From an uncultured Phascolarctobacterium sp. (GTDB taxonomy: Bacteria; Bacillota; Negativicutes; Acidaminococcales; Acidaminococcaceae), in the NCBI GenBank assembly GCA_949295115.1, contig CASFJU010000004.1, forward strand, positions 120,153 through 184,152: a stretch of 64,000 nt of DNA, read 5' to 3'. The notes under the pieces were generated by a model that was given only the letters and a program-made list of their open reading frames with translations, searched no databases and was not told the origin of the DNA. The position numbers and the translations under genes were made by a program. Below, in pieces: positions 30,615-41,175 of the stretch. The stretch's first letter is position 1, and the number at the start of each line of letters is the position of its first letter.

Positions 30615-31805
30615 TTATTTCTGCCGCCATTTGCCGGTCAGCACTTTTAAGTAGTTTACTTTATCCGTATCGCCTTCGGTGCTTATCAGCAGCACGCGGG
30701 AGCTTTCGTTTAGCCCTAACGCTTTACGCAGCGGCGCAAGCTCCTGCTCCGTCATAATAGCGTCCAGCACACCAGCCGTAACCGCACCCGATTCGCCGGA
30801 AACCACCCGCGCGTCACCAGCCGGCGGCTTACCCAACAGGCACATGCCGCGCGCCGCGTATTCATCGCTGCACGCTACAAACGCCGACGCAAAATTATCG
30901 ATTATATCCCAGCTTATCGTGCAAGGCTCGCCGCAGCAAAGCCCCGCCATCATGCTGTCCATTTTGCCGCCGACCTTATGTATTTGCCCATCACCCGCTG
31001 CCGCCGTTTTATACAGGCACGCCGCCTTATCCGGCTCGCAGATAACCGTAACCGGCGCTTTACCGACCCACAGGGCAGCAAAATAACCAAGCACCGCACC
31101 AGCCATGCTGCCAACGCCCGCCTGCAAAAACAAATGCGTCGGCACATCGCCGTTCAGCTGCGCGGCAATCTCCTGCGCCATCGTCGTATAGCCCTGCATA
31201 ATCCACGTAGGTATTTCCTCGTAGCCCGGCCACGCGGTGTCCTGCACCATCACCCAGCCGTGCTTTTTGCTCATGGCGTAAGCAAGGCGCACCGCACTGT
31301 CGTAATTAAATTTGGTAATCTCCGCTTCTGCGCCCAGTGCGCGGATGTTGTTCAACCGCTCCAAACTGCTGCCTTCCGGCAGATAAACAACGGCCTTGTG
31401 CCCTAACAGCTTTGCCGCCCATGCCACGCCGCGCCCGTGATTGCCATCCGTCGCCGTTACAAAGGTAATCTGCCCCAGCTTTTGGCGGACTTCTTCGCTG
31501 CACAGAATGTTAAAAGCGTTTTCGTCCACCGGTATGCCAAGTTTACCGCACAAATATCTGGCAATGGCGTAACTTCCGCCCAGCGCTTTAAAAGCGTTCA
31601 GCCCAAAGCGTTTGCTTTCGTCCTTAACCCATATTTTGCTAACATTAATTTTTTGCGCCCATGCAGGCAAATTTACCAGCGGCGTTGCCGCATAGCCTTC
31701 AATGCCGCTGTGGAACTTCTGCGCCATATCCGCCTGCGCAGGCGTTACGCTTTGCAGCACCGCCGCATTACGCGCACCTTTATGAAGTACATAATCAAAT
31801 GCCAT
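30615..31805 (-). CDS. dpaL: Diaminopropionate ammonia-lyase
   Basis: VKDESKRFGLNAFKALGGSYA, TATDGNHG, QDTAWPGY, QAGVGS, MAGLCCGEP. Confidence 0.92.
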   Translation of the reverse strand: MAFDYVLHKGARNAAVLQSVTPAQADMAQKFHSGIEGYAATPLVNLPAWAQKINVSKIWVKDESKRFGLNAFKALGGSYAIARYLCGKLGIPVDENAFNILCSEEVRQKLGQITFVTATDGNHGRGVAWAAKLLGHKAVVYLPEGSSLERLNNIRALGAEAEITKFNYDSAVRLAYAMSKKHGWVMVQDTAWPGYEEIPTWIMQGYTTMAQEIAAQLNGDVPTHLFLQAGVGSMAGAVLGYFAALWVGKAPVTVICEPDKAACLYKTAAAGDGQIHKVGGKMDSMMAGLCCGEPCTISWDIIDNFASAFVACSDEYAARGMCLLGKPPAGDARVVSGESGAVTAGVLDAIMTEQELAPLRKALGLNESSRVLLISTEGDTDKVNYLKVLTGKWRQK

Positions 31806-31874
31806 AATCCACCCCGTATACCAAAACGGCACAGCCTTTAAAGCTGTGCCGTTGTTTATTCAGTTAAGCCAATC

Positions 31875-33158
31875 TTAAAACAGTTTTTTCAAAACCATGG
31901 TCTGTTCGCGGTCCGGGCCGACGGAAACAATGCCGATTTCCACGCCTGCTACTTCGCTCATGCGTTTTAAATATTTTTTGCAGTTTTCCGGCAGGTCCTC
32001 ATATTTGCGGATACCGCTGATATCGGTCATCCAGCCTTCAAACTCCTCGTAAACCGGTTCAACCTGTCCCAGAACCTTCAGGCTGGCCGGAATTTGTTTA
32101 ATTTCTTCGCCGTTCAGCTTATAGCCGACGCACATTTTAATAACCGGCAGGTCATCCAGAATATCCAGACGGGTTACAGCAAGGCAGTCAAGGCTGTTAA
32201 CGCGCGCGCTGTATTTCAGCATAAATGCGTCCAGCCAGCCGCAGCGGCGCGGACGGCCGGTAACGGTGCCGTATTCGTGTCCGCGTTCACGCAGCATGTC
32301 GCCGTCGGCGTTCAGCTGCTCGCAAACAAACGGGCCTTCGCCTACACGGGTGGTGTAAGCCTTAACAACGCCAACCACATGGTTGATGCACAGCGGACCG
32401 ACGCCGCTGCCGGTTGCCGCATTGGCAGCAGTCGGGTTGGAGCTGGTTACATACGGATAAGTGCCGTGGTCGATATCGAGGAAGGTAGCCTGCGCGCCTT
32501 CAAACAGCACGTTTTTGCCGCCTTCAAAAACTTCGCCCAGAACAACGCCGGTATCGCAGACATGCGGACGCAGTTCTTCGGCATAGCCGAGATATTCTTT
32601 TAAAACAGTGTCATAGTCAAACGGTTCAGCGCCGTAAATTTTGGTGATGATTTCATTTTTGGCAGCCAGGTTTACACGCAGCTTTTCAGCAAAGGTGTCA
32701 GGCTCCATCAAATCGCAGATGCGGATGCCGGTGCGGGCAACCTTATCCATATAGCAGGGGCCGATGCCGCCTTTGGTGGTGCCGATTTTGTGTTCGCCAA
32801 GCGCAGCTTCCTGAAGCTCATCAAGGCGTGCATGGTAAGGCATTACAACATGGGCGCGGTCGCTGATTAACAGATTGCTGCAATCAACGCCCTGCTCCTT
32901 CATGCCGGCAATTTCTGCCAGTACAACGGAAGGGTTGATTACAACGCCGTTGCCCAGAATATTGATTTTATCCTTGTACAAAACGCCGGAGGGCAAAAGA
33001 CGCAGCTTGTAAGCCACATCGTCAACCACAACAGTATGGCCGGCATTGGAGCCGCCGGAATAACGCACAACGGCGTCAGCCTTTTGCGCCAGGTAATCAA
33101 CAATCTTGCCTTTGCCTTCATCGCCCCACTGGGCGCCGATAACTACAACAGATGACAT
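31875..33158 (-). CDS. purA: Adenylosuccinate synthetase
   Basis: GAQWGDEGKGK, GTTKGGIGP, EYGTVTGRPRRCGW. Confidence 0.98.
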   Translation of the reverse strand: MSSVVVIGAQWGDEGKGKIVDYLAQKADAVVRYSGGSNAGHTVVVDDVAYKLRLLPSGVLYKDKINILGNGVVINPSVVLAEIAGMKEQGVDCSNLLISDRAHVVMPYHARLDELQEAALGEHKIGTTKGGIGPCYMDKVARTGIRICDLMEPDTFAEKLRVNLAAKNEIITKIYGAEPFDYDTVLKEYLGYAEELRPHVCDTGVVLGEVFEGGKNVLFEGAQATFLDIDHGTYPYVTSSNPTAANAATGSGVGPLCINHVVGVVKAYTTRVGEGPFVCEQLNADGDMLRERGHEYGTVTGRPRRCGWLDAFMLKYSARVNSLDCLAVTRLDILDDLPVIKMCVGYKLNGEEIKQIPASLKVLGQVEPVYEEFEGWMTDISGIRKYEDLPENCKKYLKRMSEVAGVEIGIVSVGPDREQTMVLKKLF

Positions 33159-33178
33159 AACTATCTCTCCTTATATAA

Positions 33179-34471
33179 TCATAATCCGAAGCGCGCCATA
33201 ATGAGGTCTACATTACGCAGCATCGGCTTGGGGTCAAAGCAGTGCTCAATTTCTTCATCGGTGAGGTATTTTTTGATGTCCTCATCGTGCTCAACATTGG
33301 TTTTAAAGTCAGCACCCTCCAGCCAGCGCGCCATAGCGTTGCGCTGTACCCATTTGTAAGCGTCCTCGCGCAGTACGCCTTTGCTTACAAGGGCAATCAA
33401 AAGGTTCTGGCTGAAAATCAAACCGCCGGTTTTGTTCATGTTGGCAATCATTGCGTCCGGGTAAACCAAAAGCTTGTCCACAATGTTGATGAACTTGCGC
33501 AGCATGTGGTCCAGCGCAATGGTAGCATCCGGCAGAATAACCCTTTCTACGGAAGAATGGGAGATATCGCGCTCGTGCCACAGGGTAACGTCTTCCAGCG
33601 CGGCAATGGCATAACCGCGCAGCAGCCTTGCCATACCGGAAATTTTTTCGCAGGTAATCGGGTTGCGTTTATGCGGCATTGCGGAACTACCCTTCTGCCC
33701 CGGGGCAAAATATTCTTCCGCCTCGCGGATATCGGTGCGCTGCAAATTGCGGATTTCGGTTGCCATTTTTTCCAGCGAAGAACCGATAATGGCGATGGTG
33801 GTTAAATAATCGGCATGGCGGTCGCGCTGGATAACCTGGGTTGCCAGGCGTGCAGCCTTAATGCCAAGCTTTTCGCAGACATATTCTTCCACAAACGGGT
33901 CGATATTGGAATAAGTGCCGACAGCGCCGGAAAGTTTGCCGACGGAGATAAACTCGCGTGCCTGTTTCAGGCGTTCCATGTTGCGCTCGGTTTCATCCAT
34001 CCACAGCGCAAATTTCAGGCCGAAGGTCATCGGTTCGGCATGGATGCCGTGGGTACGGCCAATCATAATGGTATGTTTATGCTCGGCAGCGCGGCGTTTT
34101 AAAACTTCGTGCAGCTTTTCCAAGAGACCCATCAAAACATCGGCCGACTGCTGCATCATCACGCCCATGGCGGTGTCCTTAACGTCGCTACTGGTCAAGC
34201 CCTTGTGGATATACTTGGAAGCGTCGCCGACATATTCGGCAACATTGGTTAAAAACGCGATAATATCGTGGTTGGTAACCGCTTCAATTTCTTTAATACG
34301 CTCAATGCGGAAATCTGCCTTCGTCTGGATATCATGCAAAGCGTCATCCGGCACAATGCCCAGCTTGTTCATCGCCTCGCAGGCTAAAATCTCAACCTTC
34401 AGCATAGTGCGGAATTCATTTTCCAGCGTCCAGATGTGGCCCATCTCCTGACTGGTATAGCGTTCAATCAT
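33179..34471 (-). CDS. purB: Adenylosuccinate lyase
   Basis: MIERY, GRTHGIHAEP, GSSAMPHKRNP, WHERDISHSSVER. Confidence 0.98.
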   Translation of the reverse strand: MIERYTSQEMGHIWTLENEFRTMLKVEILACEAMNKLGIVPDDALHDIQTKADFRIERIKEIEAVTNHDIIAFLTNVAEYVGDASKYIHKGLTSSDVKDTAMGVMMQQSADVLMGLLEKLHEVLKRRAAEHKHTIMIGRTHGIHAEPMTFGLKFALWMDETERNMERLKQAREFISVGKLSGAVGTYSNIDPFVEEYVCEKLGIKAARLATQVIQRDRHADYLTTIAIIGSSLEKMATEIRNLQRTDIREAEEYFAPGQKGSSAMPHKRNPITCEKISGMARLLRGYAIAALEDVTLWHERDISHSSVERVILPDATIALDHMLRKFINIVDKLLVYPDAMIANMNKTGGLIFSQNLLIALVSKGVLREDAYKWVQRNAMARWLEGADFKTNVEHDEDIKKYLTDEEIEHCFDPKPMLRNVDLIMARFGL

Positions 34472-34650
34472 ACTTTTGCCCCCCATACGGTTTTTTACAA
34501 TAAGAAACAGGAAGCAGCCTCCTTGTGCCCTTCCTTTTTACTATAAAACTTTTTATCCTCTCTTATCATACCATTTATAACATTTTACCGCAAGGCTATA
34601 CGTGTTTTTTGTAAAAATATTCCTTGCGAAAAACAAAACGGCGACGCCGA

Positions 34651-35775
34651 TTAAACAGTGCCGCCGTAATAAAACAGGTACAGCGCATACAGCGCCGCCA
34701 GAAATATTAAGTTATCCACGGTAAAAATCGCTAAATACTGCCGCCTTAAATGCGGATATTTTGCCGCCACCTGCTTGTAGGAGATTAGGCTTGCCATCGA
34801 CGCAATCAGCGTGCCCAGCCCGCCCATGTTGGTGCCCACGATGAGCGCCGCGTAATTATCGCTGTAACCACTGAGCAGCATCGCCGCCGGCACATTGCTG
34901 ATAACCTGGCTGACCAGAACGCTTATCAGCACCTCGTTGCCCATTAAAATGCTGCCGATAAAATCATGCAGGCTGCCGATGTGGTTCATGTTGCCGACGA
35001 AAATAAAAAAGAACAAAAACGTAAGCAAAAGCGAATAATCAATCTGTGCAAACAGCTTTTTATTTTTGTACAGCAGCGCCGCCGTAACAACTGCCAAAAG
35101 TATAAGGTGCGGCACAAAATGCGCCACCGTTAAAACGCACAGCGTAAACAGCACAAGGTAAAATGCCACGGCGCGCTTGTCGTTAAGCTGCTCCGTGCGC
35201 ATATCAAGCTGCAAATGCTCCTCCGGGTAAAACACAACCACAATCACCGTCAGCATAAACGCCGCAAGCCCGGTGTAAAGCCACATCAGCTCCAAAAAAT
35301 CGGGCACGCCCATGCCGGAAAGCGAAAACAAATACAAATTCTGCGGGTTGCCAATCGGCGTAAACATACTGCCAAGGTTCGCGGCAATCGTCATCAGCGT
35401 TATTGTGCCGCACATTTTATCCGTCAGGTTAATCATTTCCAAAATCATAATGCCAAAGGGCACAAAGGTAATGAGCGAAACGTCGTTGGTGATGAACATG
35501 CTGCTGATAAAACACAAAAACACCAGCGTAAACACAATGCCGCGGCGCGTTTTTACCTTAATTAAAATGCGGCTGCCGATGAACTGCAAAAAATTCTGTT
35601 CGCGCAGCCCTTCAATAATCAGCATCAGGCAAAACAGCATTATCAGCGTGTTAAAATCAATATAGCGCAGGTATTGCAGGCTCGGCGGCTCAATCAGGCA
35701 GCTTAAAAGCGCCAGCACCAGCGATACGCTTAAAACAGCGTCGCCGCGCAGATAATTTTTAATTTTTTGCGCCAC
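34651..35775 (-). CDS. SLC13/ArsB/citrate-transporter family anion permease
   Basis: ITNDVSL, AANLGSMFTPIGNPQN, ISNVPAA, GGLGTLIASMAS. Confidence 0.85.
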   Translation of the reverse strand: MAQKIKNYLRGDAVLSVSLVLALLSCLIEPPSLQYLRYIDFNTLIMLFCLMLIIEGLREQNFLQFIGSRILIKVKTRRGIVFTLVFLCFISSMFITNDVSLITFVPFGIMILEMINLTDKMCGTITLMTIAANLGSMFTPIGNPQNLYLFSLSGMGVPDFLELMWLYTGLAAFMLTVIVVVFYPEEHLQLDMRTEQLNDKRAVAFYLVLFTLCVLTVAHFVPHLILLAVVTAALLYKNKKLFAQIDYSLLLTFLFFFIFVGNMNHIGSLHDFIGSILMGNEVLISVLVSQVISNVPAAMLLSGYSDNYAALIVGTNMGGLGTLIASMASLISYKQVAAKYPHLRRQYLAIFTVDNLIFLAALYALYLFYYGGTV

Positions 35776-35999
35776 CTGCTTCACCCTTCCCGCACACGGC
35801 GATGTAATTTCTGATACATTGTACCACAAATCGGCGGCGATAAAAACGCCTTTGCCAAAATTTTGGCGTGTATTTTTATTTAATTACTTTTGTTGACACG
35901 ATTATTTAATAGAGTTACACTAATATCAATATATTAAATATAAAACGGCAGATTTTTAAGCGCCGTTACAAAATTACTTTGCATTGTGAGGGAAAGCTT

Positions 36000-36860
36000 A
36001 TGCAGAAAAATGTCGGCGCAAAGCTGATGTTCAGCGCGGCGATGGTTATCTTCGGCACGCTGGGCGTTTTTACAAGGAATATCGACGTTACAAGCGGCGA
36101 ACTGGCGCTGTACCGTGCCGTACTGGCAACGGCGCTTATCGGCGCGTATCTGTTGCTGTTCAATAAAGGCGGGCTGGGTTTAAAATCCGCCGGGCGCGAG
36201 CTGCCGCTTTTATTAGCCTCCGGCATCGCCATGGGCATTAACTGGATTTTGCTGTTTCAGGCGTACCGCTACACCACAATTTCCGCAGCGACGCTAAGCT
36301 ATTACTTTGCCCCCGTTATCGTCACCGTCGCGTCGCCGCTGCTGTTCCGCGAGCGGCTGACTGCCAAACAAATTATCTGTTTTGTCATGTCCACGCTGGG
36401 CTTGGTGATGATTATCGGCCTCGGCGGCAATGAAAACGCTAATTTGACGGGTATTTTCTTCGGGCTGGGCGCGGCAGTGTTTTACGCCGCCGTTATTTTG
36501 CTCAACAAATTTATTAAAAACGTCGCCGGAATCCAGCGCACCGTTTTGCAGCTGCTGGCCGCCGTCATTACCCTGCTGCCGTATGTGCTGTACAGCAGCG
36601 GCATTAACCTCAGCCAGCTGGACGGCACCGGCTGGGCGTGCCTTTTAACCGTCGGGCTGTTCCACACCGGCGTTACCTATTGTTTGTATTTCTCATCGCT
36701 GAAGGATTTAACCGGGCAGCAGGCAGCAATTTTAAGCTACATCGACCCGCTCGTCGCCGTCTGCATCTCCGTCCTGCTTCTGGGCGAACCGATGACCGTA
36801 ACCCAGCTCATCGGCGGCGCACTGATACTTGGCTTTACGCTGTGGAATGAGAAGGAGTAG
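36000..36860 (+). CDS. EamA/DMT family transporter
   Basis: Two EamA repeats; about 10 TM helices. Confidence 0.88.
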   Translation: MQKNVGAKLMFSAAMVIFGTLGVFTRNIDVTSGELALYRAVLATALIGAYLLLFNKGGLGLKSAGRELPLLLASGIAMGINWILLFQAYRYTTISAATLSYYFAPVIVTVASPLLFRERLTAKQIICFVMSTLGLVMIIGLGGNENANLTGIFFGLGAAVFYAAVILLNKFIKNVAGIQRTVLQLLAAVITLLPYVLYSSGINLSQLDGTGWACLLTVGLFHTGVTYCLYFSSLKDLTGQQAAILSYIDPLVAVCISVLLLGEPMTVTQLIGGALILGFTLWNEKE

Positions 36861-36913
36861 AAATTAAACAGGTACAACCAAAACAACCCGCCACTACAAC
36901 GGCGGGTTATTTT

Positions 36914-37588
36914 TTATCTCGTCAATATCCAGTTAACACCGGCGGCGCTGCGGCTGATAATATCGCGGTAATGCCCGCCGGTGTTCAGTTCGTAAAAAGC
37001 ATCTATGCCAAGGCTTTGGCAATGCGCAAAAATTGCCTCCGTGCAATCCTGCACCGTTTTAAGGGAAGCATTGCGCGCTTTGCACTCCCTGTCGCCCAGC
37101 GAAAAATACAAATGCTGCGGCAGCGCCGCCATTTTATTCGCCAGCGCAAAATCCTTAAACTGCGGATACCACAGCGAACCGCTCATGCTCGCCGCGCGGC
37201 TGAACAAATCCGTTTTGTACAGCGCATACACCGTAAACAAACCTGCCAGCGAATACCCCGCCAGCCCGCGCCACAAAACCTGCCCCGGCACCTGCGCTTC
37301 CGCCTGCGGCATAATGCGCTCCGTCAGCGTTTTTAAATATTCATCCGCACCGCCGGTAAACATCTCGCTGTATTTAAACAAATTACCCGCCGCCCACGGC
37401 GATAACTCCGCCTCCCAGTTCAAGCCGCTGATTGTCACCAGCGTAAAATCCGGGCAGTCCAGTTTCTTTAAAGCATTATAAACCTCGCCTCCGTCATCAT
37501 TGTACGTCGTTAAATATACCACCGGTTTATCCTCTGCCAAAGCAGGATAAACAGTTACTTTTTTGTTGTCGGTATTAAAGGTAAACAT
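36914..37588 (-). CDS. Alpha/beta hydrolase (esterase-like)
   Basis: GYSLAG nucleophile elbow; SGSLWY; NTGGHY. Confidence 0.8.
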   Translation of the reverse strand: MFTFNTDNKKVTVYPALAEDKPVVYLTTYNDDGGEVYNALKKLDCPDFTLVTISGLNWEAELSPWAAGNLFKYSEMFTGGADEYLKTLTERIMPQAEAQVPGQVLWRGLAGYSLAGLFTVYALYKTDLFSRAASMSGSLWYPQFKDFALANKMAALPQHLYFSLGDRECKARNASLKTVQDCTEAIFAHCQSLGIDAFYELNTGGHYRDIISRSAAGVNWILTR

Positions 37589-37784
37589 AACATGCCTCGA
37601 TTAAAATATTAGTTGGTTAAATTATACTCCTTATAATAAGTAATGCAAAGGCAAAAAAGCCAGTATCTGATTTTTACATCAGTACCGGCTTTTTTTCACC
37701 TGCCGGTAGAATTTTCTACTGCGTTCAATTACAAAGTTATTTACGCAGCGGCGCGATTATTTTACAATAAAAACAGGTGATAAT

Positions 37785-38600
37785 ATGCAGAATATTTTTG
37801 GGCAAAATTTACTGAACCGCCGCAAAGCCCTGGGGCTGACGCAGGAGCAGCTGGCGGCAAAATTAAAGGTCAGCTTTCAGGCGGTGAGCAAATGGGAACG
37901 TGGCGAAACGCTGCCAGATATTAAGCTGCTGCCCGTGCTTGCATCGCAGCTTAGCACATCTGCCGACAGCCTGTTAGGCTATGAAGGCGCGGCACCCGCC
38001 ACAATTTACGAAGAACGCTACCGCACGCAGGAATTATACTGGGGCGGCGAGCCAAATGAAATGTGCTACGATATTTTACGGCTGCTGCCGCCGACGCGTC
38101 CGCTGAAGGTGCTGGACATCGGCTGCGGCGAAGGCAAGGACATGCTGTTTTTGTCACGCTGCGGTTATTTAACAACCGGTTTCGACATCGCCGCGAGCGG
38201 CATTGCCAAAGCTAAAAATTTTGCGGCCAAAGCCGGATTAAATGCTGAATTTTTCCGCGCCGATATGCTGAGCTATACACCCACGGAGGATTTTGACATT
38301 TTATTTGCCAGTGGCGTGCTGCATTACCTGCCGCCGCAAAAGCGTCGCAGCATTTTAGAAATTTATAAAAGCAAAATGCCGCATGGCAGCCTGTGCGCGC
38401 TGAACGTATTTGTAGACAAGCCGTTTATTAAAATGCCGCCGGATGAAGAAATTGACGGCGCCTACTGGCAAAGCGGCGAGCTGTTTACGCTGTTCAGCGA
38501 TTGGAAGTTTCACCGCTGTGAACAGGTGATTTTTGATTGCAACAGCGGCGGCGTGCCGCACCAGCACTGCATGGATATTTTGATAGCGCAAAAAATGTAA
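37785..38600 (+). CDS. XRE HTH fused to a class I SAM-dependent methyltransferase
   Basis: LTQEQLA...VSFQAVSKWERG HTH; VLDIGCGEG SAM motif. Confidence 0.85.
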   Translation: MQNIFGQNLLNRRKALGLTQEQLAAKLKVSFQAVSKWERGETLPDIKLLPVLASQLSTSADSLLGYEGAAPATIYEERYRTQELYWGGEPNEMCYDILRLLPPTRPLKVLDIGCGEGKDMLFLSRCGYLTTGFDIAASGIAKAKNFAAKAGLNAEFFRADMLSYTPTEDFDILFASGVLHYLPPQKRRSILEIYKSKMPHGSLCALNVFVDKPFIKMPPDEEIDGAYWQSGELFTLFSDWKFHRCEQVIFDCNSGGVPHQHCMDILIAQKM

Positions 38601-38644
38601 ACAAAAAGGACGGTAAGCTTTAAAAGCTCATCGTCCTTTGTTTT

Positions 38645-39235
38645 TTATTCACGCCAGATAACGGTGTCGCTCCACGGTTTACGCGGGCGCGGCGCAGGTG
38701 CTTCATCCGGGTAGCCCAACGCAAAGGCGGCAAACAATTCTCCGCTGCAGTTAAGCCATTCGCACAATTCGCGGTAAGCAAAGTAAATATCGCAAATCCA
38801 CAAACTGCCAAGCCCGTGCTCCACCGCCGCCAGCGACATGTTTTCCACAGCAGCGCCGACGGATTGGGCATTGCAGATTTCAAACACGCGGTTTTCCGCG
38901 TTCTGCGGCGTCAGTAAATCCAGCCCCAGCGGGTTAACCACAAAAATTACCACGGGCGCCTGCCGCATAATGGCAAGCGTGTTGTGCGCACCGGCAATGT
39001 ACTGCGCGCTTTCGGGCAGCAGCGGCTGTTGTGCCTCACACTGCAAGCCGCGTTCCATTGCCGCCAGCGCTTCGGCCTTTGCCGCGCCGGTTGTTACCAC
39101 AAACTGCCACGGCTGCCTGTTTTTGGAGGACGGCGCAAGCATCCCCGCCCGCAAAACTTCTTCAATAATATTGCGCGGCACTTCCGTAGTTTTAAATTTG
39201 CGTATGCTGCGCCTTGCGGCGATTGCGTCAAGCAT
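38645..39235 (-). CDS. Nitroreductase family protein
   Basis: RRSIRKF, APSSKNRQPW, GLGSLW, ALGYPDE, RPRK. Confidence 0.9.
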   Translation of the reverse strand: MLDAIAARRSIRKFKTTEVPRNIIEEVLRAGMLAPSSKNRQPWQFVVTTGAAKAEALAAMERGLQCEAQQPLLPESAQYIAGAHNTLAIMRQAPVVIFVVNPLGLDLLTPQNAENRVFEICNAQSVGAAVENMSLAAVEHGLGSLWICDIYFAYRELCEWLNCSGELFAAFALGYPDEAPAPRPRKPWSDTVIWRE

Positions 39236-39845
39236 GTTCTTCCTCCGTCAGTAAATCCGACAGCTTTTCAATAATCTGTCGTAAAATTTTGGTGGTTTCA
39301 TCAAGCGGCAGGGCAAGCCTTTCATCAAATACCATCTGCGGAAGCAGCGGCACATGCACAAAACCTGTTTTAACATTGGTGCCGCTGAAATGGTGCAGCG
39401 CCATGTAAAAAATGTCGTTGCACACATAGCCGCCGGTGCAATAACCCAAATGCACGGGGCAGCCCGCTTTTTGCAGGCGTGTTACCAGCTTGTGTACGGG
39501 TATGGTGGCAAAATACGCCGCCGGTGCGCCGGGCACAACCGGTTCGCCCCAGGGCATTAAGCCTTTGTTGTCCTCCAGCAGTGCGTCGCGCAGGTTAACG
39601 GCAACGCAGTCCGCATGCAGGCGGGTGCTGCCGCTGTCCATGCCCGTCATTAAAATTACATCCGGCTGTACGCGCTCCGCTTCTTCAATCAGCAAACGCC
39701 CCGCCGTTCCGTAAATATTGGGCAGCATCAATCTGGTTACGGCAAAGCTGCCGATATTATCCGGCAGGGCTTTTACCGCCTCCCACGACGGGTTGATGTT
39801 GTAATGCGCAAACGGGTCAAAGCCCGTCAGTAACAGCTTTTTCAT
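39228..39845 (-). CDS. pcp: Pyroglutamyl-peptidase I
   Basis: LLTGFDPF...NPSW, GGYVCN, GFVHVP. Confidence 0.88.
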   Translation of the reverse strand: MKKLLLTGFDPFAHYNINPSWEAVKALPDNIGSFAVTRLMLPNIYGTAGRLLIEEAERVQPDVILMTGMDSGSTRLHADCVAVNLRDALLEDNKGLMPWGEPVVPGAPAAYFATIPVHKLVTRLQKAGCPVHLGYCTGGYVCNDIFYMALHHFSGTNVKTGFVHVPLLPQMVFDERLALPLDETTKILRQIIEKLSDLLTEEEHA

Positions 39846-41026
39846 TATTTTGCCATGCGGTAGATTGCTTCCATGTCGTTAATATCCAGCGCCTTAAAGC
39901 CGCCGATGGTGCGCGTGTTTTTAAAGCTGCATTTATAGGCCAGCTCTTTAATCTGTTCATCGGTCAGTTGGATATCCATGTCGCTGATTTTTGTCGGCAT
40001 GCCGATGCTGCGGAAGAAGGCTTCCATTGCTTCAATGCCTTCCAGCGCAATTTTTTCTTCGTCGCCCGCGGTGTAAGGAATGCCGAACACATTAACCGCC
40101 AACTGCGCAAAACGCGCCGGGTTAGCGGGCATTACATAGCGCGCCCAGCTGCCCCAAACTGCTGCCAAGCCTGCGCCGTGCGCGATATCAAACATGCCGC
40201 CCAGCTCATGCTCCAGCTGATGGCAGGCCCAGTCGCCCAAAGTGCGGTCGCCGGTGATATCGTTGTGGGATAAAGTACCGCTCCACATAATTTCGGCGCG
40301 CGCGTCATAGTCCGACGGATTTTTAAGCGCGATTTTGACGTTGCGCATAACATTTTTAATCAGCGTTTCGGCAATGCCGTCCGTTAAATTAAGCTGCTTA
40401 ACATAGGGTTTAACAAAAAAGCGTTCCAGGCTGTGCACAATAATATCCGTGCAGCCGCTCGCCGTCTGGTATGCAGGCAGGGTGTAAGTCAGTTCCGGGT
40501 TCATAACGGCAAATTTGCAGTACGCATAAGGCGAATAAGCGCCGCGTTTCAGCCAGCCGTCTTCGTTGGTAATAATGCTGGCGTTGCTCATCTCGCTGCC
40601 AGCAGCGGCAATGGTCAGTACCGTGCCGATAGGCAGGCACGCCGCCGGAGTTTTGCCGGTATAGTAATCCCACACGTCGCCGTCGTTGGTCAGGCCGTAG
40701 CCGATAGCCTTGGCGCTGTCGATAACGCTGCCGCCGCCAACTGCTAAAATAAAATCGACGCCCTCTTTTTTACCCAGCTCAATGCCTTCGTAAACTTTAC
40801 TGAGTCGCGGGTTCGGCACAACACCGCCCAGTTCAACGTGGCTGATGCCCGCAGCATCCAGCGACACGCAGATTTTATCAAGCAGGCCGCTTTTTTTAGC
40901 GCTGTGCCCGCCGTAATGGATAAGCACTTTTTTTGCGCCCTGTTCTTTGCATAATTCGCCCACGCGCACTTCCGTGCCGCGGCCGAAAATTACTTTTGTC
41001 GGTGCCAAATATTGAAAAAATTCCAT
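39845..41026 (-). CDS. Iron-containing alcohol dehydrogenase (NADH-dependent butanol dehydrogenase-like)
   Basis: GGVVPNPR, AVGGGSVID, TIAAAGSE, HQLEHELG, HGAGLA. Confidence 0.9.
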   Translation of the reverse strand: MEFFQYLAPTKVIFGRGTEVRVGELCKEQGAKKVLIHYGGHSAKKSGLLDKICVSLDAAGISHVELGGVVPNPRLSKVYEGIELGKKEGVDFILAVGGGSVIDSAKAIGYGLTNDGDVWDYYTGKTPAACLPIGTVLTIAAAGSEMSNASIITNEDGWLKRGAYSPYAYCKFAVMNPELTYTLPAYQTASGCTDIIVHSLERFFVKPYVKQLNLTDGIAETLIKNVMRNVKIALKNPSDYDARAEIMWSGTLSHNDITGDRTLGDWACHQLEHELGGMFDIAHGAGLAAVWGSWARYVMPANPARFAQLAVNVFGIPYTAGDEEKIALEGIEAMEAFFRSIGMPTKISDMDIQLTDEQIKELAYKCSFKNTRTIGGFKALDINDMEAIYRMAK

Positions 41027-41175
41027 TTGTTTCAGCTCCTTTTTAATGCTATACTCTTATGGTACGACAAAACCGGCGGCGTGTAAATATGCGCCAAAAA
41101 GTTTTACAATAAGCAGGCGTTTATAAAAAAATGGCGAAGATAATAATACTGTAAGTTTTTAAAGGAGGTTTTACT

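Noticed and set aside
34508-34519. CAGGAAGCAGCC resembling the SRP RNA domain IV motif
   Set aside because: No flanking helix or TCAGG-GNRA arrangement; lies in the purB leader on the opposite strand
34487-34650. Possible purine riboswitch upstream of purB-purA
   Set aside because: No purine-aptamer consensus (UAUAA...GGAUAUGG...UUUCUACC) visible on the minus strand
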